From: Candidatus Shapirobacteria bacterium
GTDB lineage: Bacteria > Patescibacteriota > Microgenomatia > UBA12405
NCBI GenBank assembly: GCA_041658125.1
Contig: JBBAAS010000001.1
Span: 15,917 to 79,916, forward strand
Direction of reading: 5' to 3'
DNA length: 64,000 bases
Shown in pieces: positions 1 to 9,191 of this stretch (the stretch's first letter is position 1; the number at the start of each line of letters is the position of its first letter). The notes below the pieces were generated by a model. That model saw nothing but the letters and a program-made list of their open reading frames with translations, was not told the origin of the DNA and ran no database searches. A program made the translations under genes and the position numbers.

Positions 1-1042
1 TTAGCATAAAGTTATTTTCAGAAAAGCGGGAAGCATTTTGAACGCAAGTGTCGGAGTCGAACTTGAAGTGATGGAATTTGTTGAGGGTTTTTATTAGAGA
101 GAACGTTGTCTGGTGGTTAAAAAAAAGGCCGGTTTTTTGATCGATAACCGTCTCGGTGATACCACCACGCCGGTAGGCAATAACCGGACGACCACAAGCC
201 TGAACTTCGAGGGGAGTGAGGCCAAAGTCCTCTTTTTGGGGACAGATAAGAGCTTGGCAATTTTGATAAAGAGCAATGAGAGTACTATCGGAAATCAGAC
301 CTAAAAATTGAATGTTTTTAAATTGAGAATATTTATTTTTTAAATACCTTTCTGTTCGACCGGTACCGACAATTTTTAAGATTAAATTGAGCTTAATACA
401 GGACTTAATAGCTATTTCTACTTTTTTATAAGGAACAAGGCGGGAAACCGTCAGAAAATATTTGTCAGATAGCCGATTACTAGAAGACGGTTTAAACCGG
501 TCGAGATTGATGCCGGGGTAAATAATTGTTGAAGGACGATGGTAATTTTTTTGAATGCGGGCTTGGGTAGTAAGGCAATTGGTAGTATAGAAATCCGGGC
601 GCTTCGAATAGATCCGGTCTATTTTTTGATATTTTTTGAGAATTGGTTTTAGAATTGACGGGGGTTTTTGGTAAAGATGACGGTTGGGGGTGTGAAGATG
701 ACAAATAAACATCGTGTTGGGAAGAGTTAAAAGACAATGGCCGACAGTGGAGGTGGTGGAAATAACAATATCATATTGAGAGAAATCGAATTGTTCTAAG
801 GCAAGGGGATATATTGGAGTATAGAAAACCGGATTAGACCGGTGAAAAGGTAATTTTTGAATGAACGAGGAAATGACGGTGGTTGTTGGGGGTAGCCAAT
901 TTGTTTTGGAAGGGTCATGGAAAAGAGTGAAGACAGGAGCCTTCGGATAAATTTTTAGAAGATTAAGAAGAACTTTTTCAGCTCCACCCCATTGATTCAA
1001 CCAGTCGTAAAAAATAGCGATTTTAGGTGAGGAGTTTTTCAT
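1..1042 (-). CDS. GT4 glycosyltransferase (WbaZ-like), 3' end runs off the window
   Basis: Absent from the ORF track because no stop falls in the window. Segments translated by hand from ATG 1042 are in one frame: MKNSSPKIAIFYDWLNQWGGAEKVL...CHLHTPNR...EDFGLTPLEVQACGRPVIAYRRGG (GT4 E-x7-E motif). Overlaps the stop of the upstream gene. Confidence 0.9.
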   Translation of the reverse strand, partial: MKNSSPKIAIFYDWLNQWGGAEKVLLNLLKIYPKAPVFTLFHDPSKTNWLPPTTTVISSFIQKLPFHRSNPVFYTPIYPLALEQFDFSQYDIVISTTSTVGHCLLTLPNTMFICHLHTPNRHLYQKPPSILKPILKKYQKIDRIYSKRPDFYTTNCLTTQARIQKNYHRPSTIIYPGINLDRFKPSSSNRLSDKYFLTVSRLVPYKKVEIAIKSCIKLNLILKIVGTGRTERYLKNKYSQFKNIQFLGLISDSTLIALYQNCQALICPQKEDFGLTPLEVQACGRPVIAYRRGGITETVIDQKTGLFFNHQTTFSLIKTLNKFHHFKFDSDTCVQNASRFSENNFML

Positions 1043-2147
1043 AAACAGCCATGGTTTTTTGGGCGGTTTTAGTCCAGGAATATTTGGCAACCTGAAGTTG
1101 GCCAAGCTTAATTAACTTTTGACGGAGAGTATCTGAAGCTTGGAGTTTTTTGATTTGGTCAACAAGAGCCATTGGTTTAAAAGGATCAAAATAAAGAACG
1201 GATTGACCGTAGACTTCCGGTAGGCAACTTGCATTACTGGAAATTACCGGACAATTTAGGGCCATAGCTTCAAGACCGGTAAGACTAAAGCCTTCCATCA
1301 AAGACGGGTGAACCAAGGCCAGAGCGTGAGAATAAACCTGACTAAATTCGGCGTCGGTTAGATAGCCTAAAAATTCGACTTGAGATTGTAGGTTGAGGGA
1401 TTTGATTTGCGACTGAAGTTTGTCGGTAAAGAAATTGCGGGCGGAGATAATTTTTAATTTGATATCGGGAAGAAATTTGAGGGCTTGAAGAAGGACAATA
1501 AGGTTTTTGTGAGGGTAGAGATTGCCGGTATAAACAAGATAATTTTCAATTTTTAATTTTCCACCAGAGACGGACTTCGCTTGGTGATGAAGAAACTTTG
1601 GATCGACGGCTTCTTGGGTAACGGTGATTTGAGTGGGTTTTAGATTGAAATCAGTAGCTAATTTTTTTTGCCAATAAACAGTTGGGACAATTAGCGGGTT
1701 AGTTTTGATAACATGGTCTGTTAACAATCGATAAAGCCAATATTTGGGCCAATATAAAAATGGATTTCTGGTAGTAGTCTTCGGGCCATGAAAATAATGC
1801 TTGATGAGATCGTGGATGGTAACTACCGATTTACCGGAATATAAAAAGGGCTTATTGAAATGGGTAAAATGAACTAAATCCGGATGGAGTTGATTGAGAA
1901 GTGAAGGAAACTTGATTTGTTCTAAAAGAGAATAATGGGGAATGTCGGTAAAAACGTATTGAAATTTATTGCCCAAGTCGGCTTGAATGTCGGATCGAAG
2001 ATCGTTATAGGTGACGACAGTGAATCGATATTTAGAAAATTGGGGAAGATCGGAGAGAGCGATTAAAAGATTTTTAGTATAACGGCCGATACCGGTGTGT
2101 TTGGGACCATAGAGACGAGCATCGATAACAATATTTTTTAGAGGCAT
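1023..2147 (-). CDS. GT4 glycosyltransferase (MtfB-like)
   Basis: IVIDAR...TGIGRY, VVTIHDL, YPHKN, EGFSLTGLEAM motifs. Confidence 0.92.
   Translation of the reverse strand: MPLKNIVIDARLYGPKHTGIGRYTKNLLIALSDLPQFSKYRFTVVTYNDLRSDIQADLGNKFQYVFTDIPHYSLLEQIKFPSLLNQLHPDLVHFTHFNKPFLYSGKSVVTIHDLIKHYFHGPKTTTRNPFLYWPKYWLYRLLTDHVIKTNPLIVPTVYWQKKLATDFNLKPTQITVTQEAVDPKFLHHQAKSVSGGKLKIENYLVYTGNLYPHKNLIVLLQALKFLPDIKLKIISARNFFTDKLQSQIKSLNLQSQVEFLGYLTDAEFSQVYSHALALVHPSLMEGFSLTGLEAMALNCPVISSNASCLPEVYGQSVLYFDPFKPMALVDQIKKLQASDTLRQKLIKLGQLQVAKYSWTKTAQKTMAVYEKLLT
1541..1587. repeat. Three 7-bp units (AATTTTC-type) next to a GC-rich degenerate palindrome, in frame within the GT4 linker
   Basis: AATTTTC AATTTTT AATTTTC at 1541-1561, then CACCAGAGACGGACTTCGCTTGGTG (CACCA...TGGTG ends). 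Encodes QAKSVSGGKLKIEN. Confidence 0.5.
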
Positions 2148-3052
2148 TTAGCTTTAAAAATACGTAATAATTCTAACAGTTTTATCCCGGATAAAACTAT
2201 AAAGCGAACCGGAGGAGAATATTTATTCATTAAGTTTTCCTGATAAAAAATACGCATGGCTTCGGTTGAAGCCAAAGCAATACGGAGTCGGGTTTGAGGA
2301 GAAGCGGTAGAAATATTTTGAGTTTCTTTTATAATGCCTGAAGAAATTCCCTGATAATGGGTAACTTGAGTAAAAGGATAGAAATAAAAGGAATAACCCT
2401 TTTGACGAAGTTTGTAGCAAAGATCAAGATCCTCACCGTAGTAAAAATATTTTTCATTCCACCAGTTGATTGAATCCCCTACCGAGCGTTTGATCATCAG
2501 AAAGGCTCCGGAGCAAGCATTGATTTTTTGGATTTTGGAATAGTCTAAATATTCCATGAAATAAGCCCGGCTGGAGATGCCGGTGAAATGAAGCATGGCG
2601 GTCAGAGGAGTGGGAAAATCGCGGTGACATTCGGGCTGGAGCTTACCGGTAAGAGCAAACTTGAGATAACAAGTGGCGGCGTCGACTTTTGGATTTTCTT
2701 GAAAAAACGTCAGCATTTTGGAAAAGGTTTGGGGTTCGACGGTGGTGTCGGGATTGAGAAAGAGGACAAATTTAGACGATGGGGAAAGGATGGAAAGGGC
2801 ACGATTGTTGCCAGCAGCGAAACCCAGATTTGTATTTAGTATTAAGTATTTAGTGTTTAGTAGAGAAACTTTTTTGGCTAAAGAGATGCTTTGGTCGGAG
2901 GAGGCATTGTCAATGACGATAATTTCATACTTTTTAGAATCTAGATCTGAAAGTCTAATGCTTTGGAGACATTTTTGAAGATAGTCACCGGTATTAAAAT
3001 TGAGAATAACTACAGAGAGAACGGGGTTAATGCTTTTGGGTGATTTGATCAT
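2138..3052 (-). CDS. GT2 glycosyltransferase (WbbL/GT2-like_c type)
   Basis: LSVVILNFN, IDNASSD, NLGFAAGNN, FLNPDT, YGEDLDLC. Confidence 0.92.
   Translation of the reverse strand: MIKSPKSINPVLSVVILNFNTGDYLQKCLQSIRLSDLDSKKYEIIVIDNASSDQSISLAKKVSLLNTKYLILNTNLGFAAGNNRALSILSPSSKFVLFLNPDTTVEPQTFSKMLTFFQENPKVDAATCYLKFALTGKLQPECHRDFPTPLTAMLHFTGISSRAYFMEYLDYSKIQKINACSGAFLMIKRSVGDSINWWNEKYFYYGEDLDLCYKLRQKGYSFYFYPFTQVTHYQGISSGIIKETQNISTASPQTRLRIALASTEAMRIFYQENLMNKYSPPVRFIVLSGIKLLELLRIFKAKCL
2832..2862. repeat. 7-bp tandem repeat x4 inside the GT2 gene
   Basis: GTATTTA GTATTAA GTATTTA GTGTTTA GTA, encoding LNTKYLILNT on the minus strand. Confidence 0.7.
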
Positions 3053-4253
3053 ATATTTGGTTTAGGCCGTCGACACATTTATCAAAAGAATACTTATCTT
3101 TCATCAGTTTTTTGGCATTTTGACCGATAGACTCCCGGTATTTTTTATCATTGATGACTTTGAAGACGTGGCTAAGAATGTCTTTTGAAGGACAAACAAT
3201 GGCGTGTTTTTCATTTTCGATTTCGATATTGCCCATGCCACCTTCGGGATTGGTAATTACCGGTAGGCCAAAAGTCATACCTTCCAAAAATTTGTTGCGG
3301 GTGCCACCACCACTGCCCATGGGGGCCAAAAGTAACCAGCAGTATTCGTAGAAATACTGTGGATCGTGTGATCCGCCTTCGGCATCAGCCTCGGTGACAA
3401 TGATATCTTTTGAGGAATATTTGCCATAGAGATCCGGAGCATGGCGGCCGACAATGTAAAGACGGGCTTTGGGATAGGTTTTTTTAATAGATGGCCAAAA
3501 ATTTTTCAGAACCAGATCGGCCGATTCCTGATTTTGCATCCATTTCATATTGGAGACACCAAAAAGAATGGTGGGATCAGGTGATTTTTCGGTTTTTAGC
3601 GGAAGCTTAAAATATTCCGGATCAACTCCATCCTGAAAAACGTGAATATCAGGCCGGCCGGTAATTTTGGAAACATATCTTTGGTCTTCAGAGCTAAACA
3701 TGAAAACAGTATGGGTGTTTTTCCAATAATGAGTTTCCCAGTACTTTAGCTTGAGGACATCGATCCAAAGAAGAGGTTTAAGGAGGCGGGACCAGCCGAA
3801 AAGTGACTGAACGAAATGTTGATAAATGGCGTATTCGATGGTGACATCAACCATGACAATGGGAATTTTGGTTTTTGGAATACTCGGCATGGGATAAATA
3901 CAGTCACAGTGGATAAGGTCAAAATGGTGATGTCGGAGTTCATAGCGAATAGCTTTTTTAAGGTCGTCACTGATGTATTTAACTAACAAAAACGGATAGG
4001 GACTAAGCCCGGTGGAAAGAATTTTTCGGGGATCCCAGGTTTTTCCCCGATGAACAACGACAACCTTTTGGCAATATTGGCTAACTTCGGGTAAGCCTTC
4101 TTCGTCAGGAGAAATGCAGATAAGATGGATATCGTTTTTGGGTGAGAGGTATTTAATAGAGTAAAAAGAATGTCTTTGACCGCCGGATTGGGAAAGTCGG
4201 GGGATGTAAGGCGTAATCATTAGAATTTTTCGTTTAGTTTTGATTGGGTTCAT
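3027..4253 (-). CDS. GT4 glycosyltransferase
   Basis: KILMITPYIP...SGG, DGVD, GGGTRNKFLEGMTFGLPVIT. Confidence 0.88.
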   Translation of the reverse strand: MNPIKTKRKILMITPYIPRLSQSGGQRHSFYSIKYLSPKNDIHLICISPDEEGLPEVSQYCQKVVVVHRGKTWDPRKILSTGLSPYPFLLVKYISDDLKKAIRYELRHHHFDLIHCDCIYPMPSIPKTKIPIVMVDVTIEYAIYQHFVQSLFGWSRLLKPLLWIDVLKLKYWETHYWKNTHTVFMFSSEDQRYVSKITGRPDIHVFQDGVDPEYFKLPLKTEKSPDPTILFGVSNMKWMQNQESADLVLKNFWPSIKKTYPKARLYIVGRHAPDLYGKYSSKDIIVTEADAEGGSHDPQYFYEYCWLLLAPMGSGGGTRNKFLEGMTFGLPVITNPEGGMGNIEIENEKHAIVCPSKDILSHVFKVINDKKYRESIGQNAKKLMKDKYSFDKCVDGLNQIYDQITQKH

Positions 4254-5661
4254 GGAGATAAAGTATTATAAATTTATCGGAACGAAAGATGGTAGGATAT
4301 TTTGAGATTAACTCGTTGGTATAACCATTGTAAGTGGTAGAGACATAATAAATGGGATAATTTTTGTAGAGAGAAAAGAATTTGGGAAAATCATATATTT
4401 CGATCGGGAAACCGGAACGGTTAGTCTGATAAAGAAAGGCGGTATCGCCATTGTAGGGAGCAACCACAAGAGAGTTTTTGGGAATTAACTGGTCAACCAT
4501 TTTTCCGGCTTCCATAATAACCGGGTTATTGATTTTGTAATATTCCTGAACTTGGAACCAAGAGTAAAAAAGAGCGGCGGCAAAGACAGAAAAAGTAACC
4601 AAAAGAGCGATTAGTTTTTGATCGAAAACAAACTGATAGAGGTAATAAAGGCCAAAACCGATAATTAAAGATAAAAGAGGGGTAATTAAAAATTGATAAT
4701 AGTCATGTTGAATGTTGCCACGGGCAATGATGGAAAAATAAAGAAGAATGCCGGCAGAGGCTAATAGACAAAAAAGTTGGGAGTGATTTTTTTTGTAGGC
4801 AAAGCCAAGAAGTAAGGGAATAACGCCATAAATTCCAAGAATTAATTTGCCGATCCGTTCGAAAAATAACCAACGAAACCAGGCCGGACGAAAACGAAGG
4901 CCACCTTCGTTAAACAGCCAATTGCTGGCGGGGATGCCTTCGGGAAATTGACTAATCCATTGGCGCCAGAGGTAAAAGGGTAAAAGCGAAATCAGGGCGA
5001 AAAAAAAGAGGGAGAGGAGAGTTTTGGGCTTAAAAAGGTTAAGCCGAAGAGAGTAGAAAAAAAGTAAAGGGAAAATAATTATGCCGGTAAAAGGCTTAGT
5101 AAGAATGGCGAGGGCTAAAGAAATGCCGGATAGTAGCCGGGATTTGGGAAAAAGGTACAGAGTAAGCATCATAAAAAGAACAGCGGTGGGTTCGGGAAGA
5201 ATGGTTCGGGAATAATAGATTGAAAATGGCAGGAAAAGAAAAGTAGTGGTGGCTAAAAATGAGGGCCAAAAGTTTTTGGTGATTTGAAGTCCGATAAGAA
5301 AAATAAGAAAGCCAGTGATAAGAGAGAAAAAGATGGAAATTAGACGGGAAGCAACTTCGACGGTTAATGAGGGGAATAAAGGAGAAACGGCTTTATAGAA
5401 AACAACAGAAACGGCATTGTAAATGGGAAATTCGACGAAACGATAACCGTGGGGATTGTCCTTGCCTGATTGAAGATTACTTAGGTCGTGGTAGGTGGGA
5501 CGGAGAAGATCAAAGCTTCTTAGAAAATTTCTGGTGACCGAAGCAGTGTCGGCTTGACGAAAGGAATGCCAATCAGCGATAGGGTTGTTGATTTTATAAA
5601 GCCGGACAGTAAGACCAGTGGCAAAAACAAGAATTAAGAGTATTTTTTTGATGACGGTCAT
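4234..5661 (-). CDS. GT-C (ArnT/PMT-like) membrane glycosyltransferase
   Basis: N-terminal TM followed by DWHSFRQADT loop, EFPIYN, YSRTILPEP, many TM segments, HDYYQ. Confidence 0.8.
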   Translation of the reverse strand: MTVIKKILLILVFATGLTVRLYKINNPIADWHSFRQADTASVTRNFLRSFDLLRPTYHDLSNLQSGKDNPHGYRFVEFPIYNAVSVVFYKAVSPLFPSLTVEVASRLISIFFSLITGFLIFLIGLQITKNFWPSFLATTTFLFLPFSIYYSRTILPEPTAVLFMMLTLYLFPKSRLLSGISLALAILTKPFTGIIIFPLLFFYSLRLNLFKPKTLLSLFFFALISLLPFYLWRQWISQFPEGIPASNWLFNEGGLRFRPAWFRWLFFERIGKLILGIYGVIPLLLGFAYKKNHSQLFCLLASAGILLYFSIIARGNIQHDYYQFLITPLLSLIIGFGLYYLYQFVFDQKLIALLVTFSVFAAALFYSWFQVQEYYKINNPVIMEAGKMVDQLIPKNSLVVAPYNGDTAFLYQTNRSGFPIEIYDFPKFFSLYKNYPIYYVSTTYNGYTNELISKYPTIFRSDKFIILYLHEPNQN

Positions 5662-7082
5662 TTTCGTTTTTGGTTGAGAGCAATGGTTTGATAGTAAATG
5701 CCCATCATAATCCAGAAAAGATAAGCAGTTTTTGAAGCTTCAAAAACGTCAATAAAGACGGCATTGGTTAAAGTAACTAAGAGTCCGCCAAAGAGGGTTA
5801 TCTGGATAATATCCAGAAACCCCAGTTTTTTCCGGAAAACTAAGGGGATGGTTTTTCGGATAAAGTAGAAAATGATAGAAAAGAAAGTAATAAAGCCAAG
5901 AAGACCACTTTCGCCTAAGGTACGGAGATAGTCGTTATCGGTAGCCAAAGTGATTGAACCAAGACCGGAGCCAATGAGGGGGTTTCTTTTGAAAGCAGTA
6001 ACAGCTCGGGGCCATTCAGCATTGAAGCGGATTTCACCAGATCGGGCGACTCCGACGTCAGCGTCAACGGGAGGAAATTCTTCGATGGTTTTGTAGACCA
6101 TGACGGTGGGGACGAAAGTTGCTCCCGGTTTGGGTTTAATAGGTGAGCCGGTGATGACGGCAATTGGCGGAAGAGTAGAAATGGGAGTAATGGTAGGGAT
6201 AACAGTTGGCTTAGCCGGAAACTTGAGAAAAGCCAGACTCTTTTGAAGACCGGGAACGGTGGCCAGAAGCCGTTGATTGAGATCCTTTGACATAAAAAGA
6301 GAGACAATCATGACTATGGAAACCGGAAGAATCCAAAGATATTTCTTAACTAAGAAAAGAGTAAGAACCATGCCGCCCCAGAAAGCGAAAGTAGAAATTC
6401 GCGAGGCGGTGAGGGTTAAAATGTAAAAGGCTAATAACCAAAAGAGAAGGTTGATGGTTTTGAGAAAAAAGTTTTTTTGAATAATGGCGACAACGCCAAT
6501 GATAATCAAGACAGCGCTTAAAAAAGCAGCCAAATCGTAATGGCCGGCGAAGCTGGAACTGATGCGGGTCCAGTCACTCATTATTAAAAGTTGGCCCTTA
6601 GCAAATTCGGAATTCATGGTGGAAACTATCGGCCAGCCTAAAAATTTTTGGCCAAGACCATAGAGGGAAACTAGAATGGTGGCGATGATGGCGGTGATGT
6701 AAGTAATTTTTAAATCAGCAAGATTTTTAATGGTATCAGCGGCAATAAAAAATAGTGACATATATTCAAATCGGCGCAAAAGATTAAGAAGAAGGAATTT
6801 TGGAGCAGTGGTTTGGTAGATTAGGATGGCAACTAAGGTACTGGCAGAAATAGCGAAAAAATAGGCTAAAAACAATTTAGTAATTTTATGTTTAAAAATC
6901 GGAAAACCGTGAGTTAACTGATAAATGCCGTAAACGATGATGGAAAATAAAACCAGATAATCATCAACCCTGACGGAAACAAAAGTTCCGGCTACCGATG
7001 ATAAAGGAAATTTGGGATAGAGAGGAATGCCGATGATGAGAGCTAAAAGGATTGGCCTTAAAATTTTGAAATTTTTGAACAT
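5658..7082 (-). CDS. O-antigen ligase/polymerase-like (Wzy_C) membrane protein
   Basis: Multi-TM. RISSSFAGHYDLAAF, LTASR, PLIGSGLG, TDNDYLRTLGESGLLG resemble the WaaL/Wzy_C signature. Confidence 0.8.
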   Translation of the reverse strand: MFKNFKILRPILLALIIGIPLYPKFPLSSVAGTFVSVRVDDYLVLFSIIVYGIYQLTHGFPIFKHKITKLFLAYFFAISASTLVAILIYQTTAPKFLLLNLLRRFEYMSLFFIAADTIKNLADLKITYITAIIATILVSLYGLGQKFLGWPIVSTMNSEFAKGQLLIMSDWTRISSSFAGHYDLAAFLSAVLIIIGVVAIIQKNFFLKTINLLFWLLAFYILTLTASRISTFAFWGGMVLTLFLVKKYLWILPVSIVMIVSLFMSKDLNQRLLATVPGLQKSLAFLKFPAKPTVIPTITPISTLPPIAVITGSPIKPKPGATFVPTVMVYKTIEEFPPVDADVGVARSGEIRFNAEWPRAVTAFKRNPLIGSGLGSITLATDNDYLRTLGESGLLGFITFFSIIFYFIRKTIPLVFRKKLGFLDIIQITLFGGLLVTLTNAVFIDVFEASKTAYLFWIMMGIYYQTIALNQKRK

Positions 7083-8041
7083 GCTTCTTGGTAGAAACCG
7101 GAAAATTTTGAGTTTCCAGTTAATTTATAAAACAAAAGTCGGAGATAAGCGTTGAGATATAAGAGTTTTTGAATGAGCTTAAGATGGTGGGGGTGATGCT
7201 TTTGGGTGAAATGAAGCACGCCGAGATATTCGTTGACCAAGGGATCAGCTTGGGAAACGGCTGAAGCCCGACCAAGGTGAATTATTTGGGGGCCGATAAG
7301 GTACCAATGCTCTAGTTCCGGATACTTTTGCTTAATGCGATAACAAAGTTCATATTCTTCACCATACATAAAATAGTTTTCGTCAAAGCCGTTAACGGAG
7401 TCAAGAATCGGACGGCGGATAAGAAGATAAGCACCGGTAAGCCAGTCTTGGCGATGGTCTTTGAGATAGAAATTACTGTGGGTGTAAAAATCGGGGGTGT
7501 GGGGATGGAAGGGCTTGACCAAGTAATTGAAAAAAGGCAGATCATCAAGACCAATAGACCAAGTAAAAACATTGGACAAATTGGGGAAAAATCCACCGGA
7601 GGCCTGAACCAAACGGTTGGGATTTAAAAGTTGAGCGGTACACATAGAGGCTTTGGGATTGGAGGCAAGCCAAGTGAGGGTTTGACTGATGGCCGAATGA
7701 AGGATTATGGTGTCGGAGTTTAAAAGTAAAACGTAATTACCACAGGCAACTTTAATGCCCTGATTGTTGGCTTTAGAAAAACCGACATTTTTATTGTTTT
7801 GAATAATTTTGTAATTGTTTTTAGAGATTTTTTTCTGTTGGAAAAAATGATTGATATCGGCTACCGAAGTATCGGAGGAAGCGTTGTCGATAATGATTAT
7901 TTCGGTAGATACTTTTGAAGAGCTATCGCCGGTGTCGGAAAAATGAAGGCCTTTATCTAAAAGAATTGAATGCAGGCAATCAAGAATAACCTTGGAAGTG
8001 TTAAAAGAAAGAGTGATAATGGATAAGGTAGGGTTAGTCAT
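7058..8041 (-). CDS. GT2 glycosyltransferase (WbbL-like)
   Basis: IIIIDNASSD, GFSKANN, LLNSDT, GFDENYFMYGEEYELC. Confidence 0.92.
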   Translation of the reverse strand: MTNPTLSIITLSFNTSKVILDCLHSILLDKGLHFSDTGDSSSKVSTEIIIIDNASSDTSVADINHFFQQKKISKNNYKIIQNNKNVGFSKANNQGIKVACGNYVLLLNSDTIILHSAISQTLTWLASNPKASMCTAQLLNPNRLVQASGGFFPNLSNVFTWSIGLDDLPFFNYLVKPFHPHTPDFYTHSNFYLKDHRQDWLTGAYLLIRRPILDSVNGFDENYFMYGEEYELCYRIKQKYPELEHWYLIGPQIIHLGRASAVSQADPLVNEYLGVLHFTQKHHPHHLKLIQKLLYLNAYLRLLFYKLTGNSKFSGFYQEACSKISKF

Positions 8042-8573
8042 GGCGACGGAAAAAAGTTAAAAGAGTTTTTAGGGCAAAGATAACAGTAATTTCTGTCAGA
8101 AAAAAGGAGAGTAAGCGATTGGGGATGGTGGTGGGAAAGCGACGGATGGTGACTTTGGTTTGATAATCCTGGTTGTGGTAAATAATTTTATTGGCAATTC
8201 TTTTTTCCGGTTTGGTAAAAACGTCTTTTTCCCAATCAAAACCATTAATGTAAAGGGCTTCTTTGAATGGCAAGTTCAGCTCTTCAAAATAGTAACTGGG
8301 AATAGTATCGATGATAATTTCCCGGGCTTTTTCCGGCGGGTGGTTGAGGCGGATTCTAAATGGACTTTGGTAGTATTTAAGGTAAAAATTCATCACTTCG
8401 GATCGGGATAAGTTTGTAAAATAGCCCGAGACGTTTTTAATTTGAACCGTATCGCCGGGAAGATCGGATTTGGTACTGTTGATTAGGTCGGGAACAATGG
8501 GAGTGGGCCAGAGTAGGTAGACCAGGGCGAGGAGGTTAAAAACAACCAAAAAAATTTTTAGTGGTTTAGGCAT
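8034..8573 (-). CDS. Hypothetical membrane-anchored protein
   Basis: 179 aa with hydrophobic segments at both ends, overlapping the next gene in the operon. Confidence 0.7.
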   Translation of the reverse strand: MPKPLKIFLVVFNLLALVYLLWPTPIVPDLINSTKSDLPGDTVQIKNVSGYFTNLSRSEVMNFYLKYYQSPFRIRLNHPPEKAREIIIDTIPSYYFEELNLPFKEALYINGFDWEKDVFTKPEKRIANKIIYHNQDYQTKVTIRRFPTTIPNRLLSFFLTEITVIFALKTLLTFFRRHD

Positions 8574-8582
8574 GAGAGCAAA

Positions 8583-9176
8583 TTATTGAAATAACATAGG
8601 TCGGCCAAGGACATAAGCAGGATTTTTGAGTTGTCGGTCAGAGATTTTTTTAGCGGGAACGCCTCCCCAAACTTCAAAATCGGGGATATCTTTGGTAACC
8701 ACAGCGCCGGCGGCGACGACCGCTCCCCTACCGATAGTGACTCCGGGAAGAATAATGGCTCGGGGGCCGATAAAAACATAGTCTTTGATAATTACCGGAC
8801 CAAAGGAATTGCCAAAATCAGGAGAATTAATATTGTGCTCATCGTTGTAAATCAAAACTTGGCTGGCGATATTGACATGGCTGCCAATTTCCAAGGGAGA
8901 GCGGCCGTCCAAAAAACAATGGTCACCGATAATGGAATCATGGCCGATTGTTAAGTTTTTTGGATTAAAAAAATTAGCCCACATATGAATAGTAGAGTTA
9001 AAAGGTATTTTAATGCCCGAGATAAGGTAAAAAATCTTTCTGATGGTATGGATGGGAATATAGCCTACCCAACGTAGGATCATTAGCCAAAGTTCTAAAA
9101 AGATAGTGTCAATACGGTTAGAAACTTTGTAAAGAATATTATCTGAAGTTAATGTTTGACCGTTTTTATCCTTCAT
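8583..9176 (-). CDS. Hexapeptide-repeat (left-handed beta-helix) O-acetyltransferase
   Basis: [32 protein letters not shown]...GGVPAK. Confidence 0.92.
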   Translation of the reverse strand: MKDKNGQTLTSDNILYKVSNRIDTIFLELWLMILRWVGYIPIHTIRKIFYLISGIKIPFNSTIHMWANFFNPKNLTIGHDSIIGDHCFLDGRSPLEIGSHVNIASQVLIYNDEHNINSPDFGNSFGPVIIKDYVFIGPRAIILPGVTIGRGAVVAAGAVVTKDIPDFEVWGGVPAKKISDRQLKNPAYVLGRPMLFQ

Positions 9177-9182
9177 ATAAAG

Positions 9183-9191
9183 ATTATATCA
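9183..9191 (-). promoter_or_regulatory. Extended -10 box (TGnTATAAT) 6 nt before ATG 9176, candidate leaderless promoter
   Basis: Minus strand reads TGA TATAAT CTTTAT ATG. The TGA is also the stop of the upstream gene. Confidence 0.5.

Noticed and set aside
94-737. Short ORFs 94-276, 113-304 and 492-737
   Set aside because: They are shadows of the real GT4 frame 1042 to <1, which the ORF track missed.
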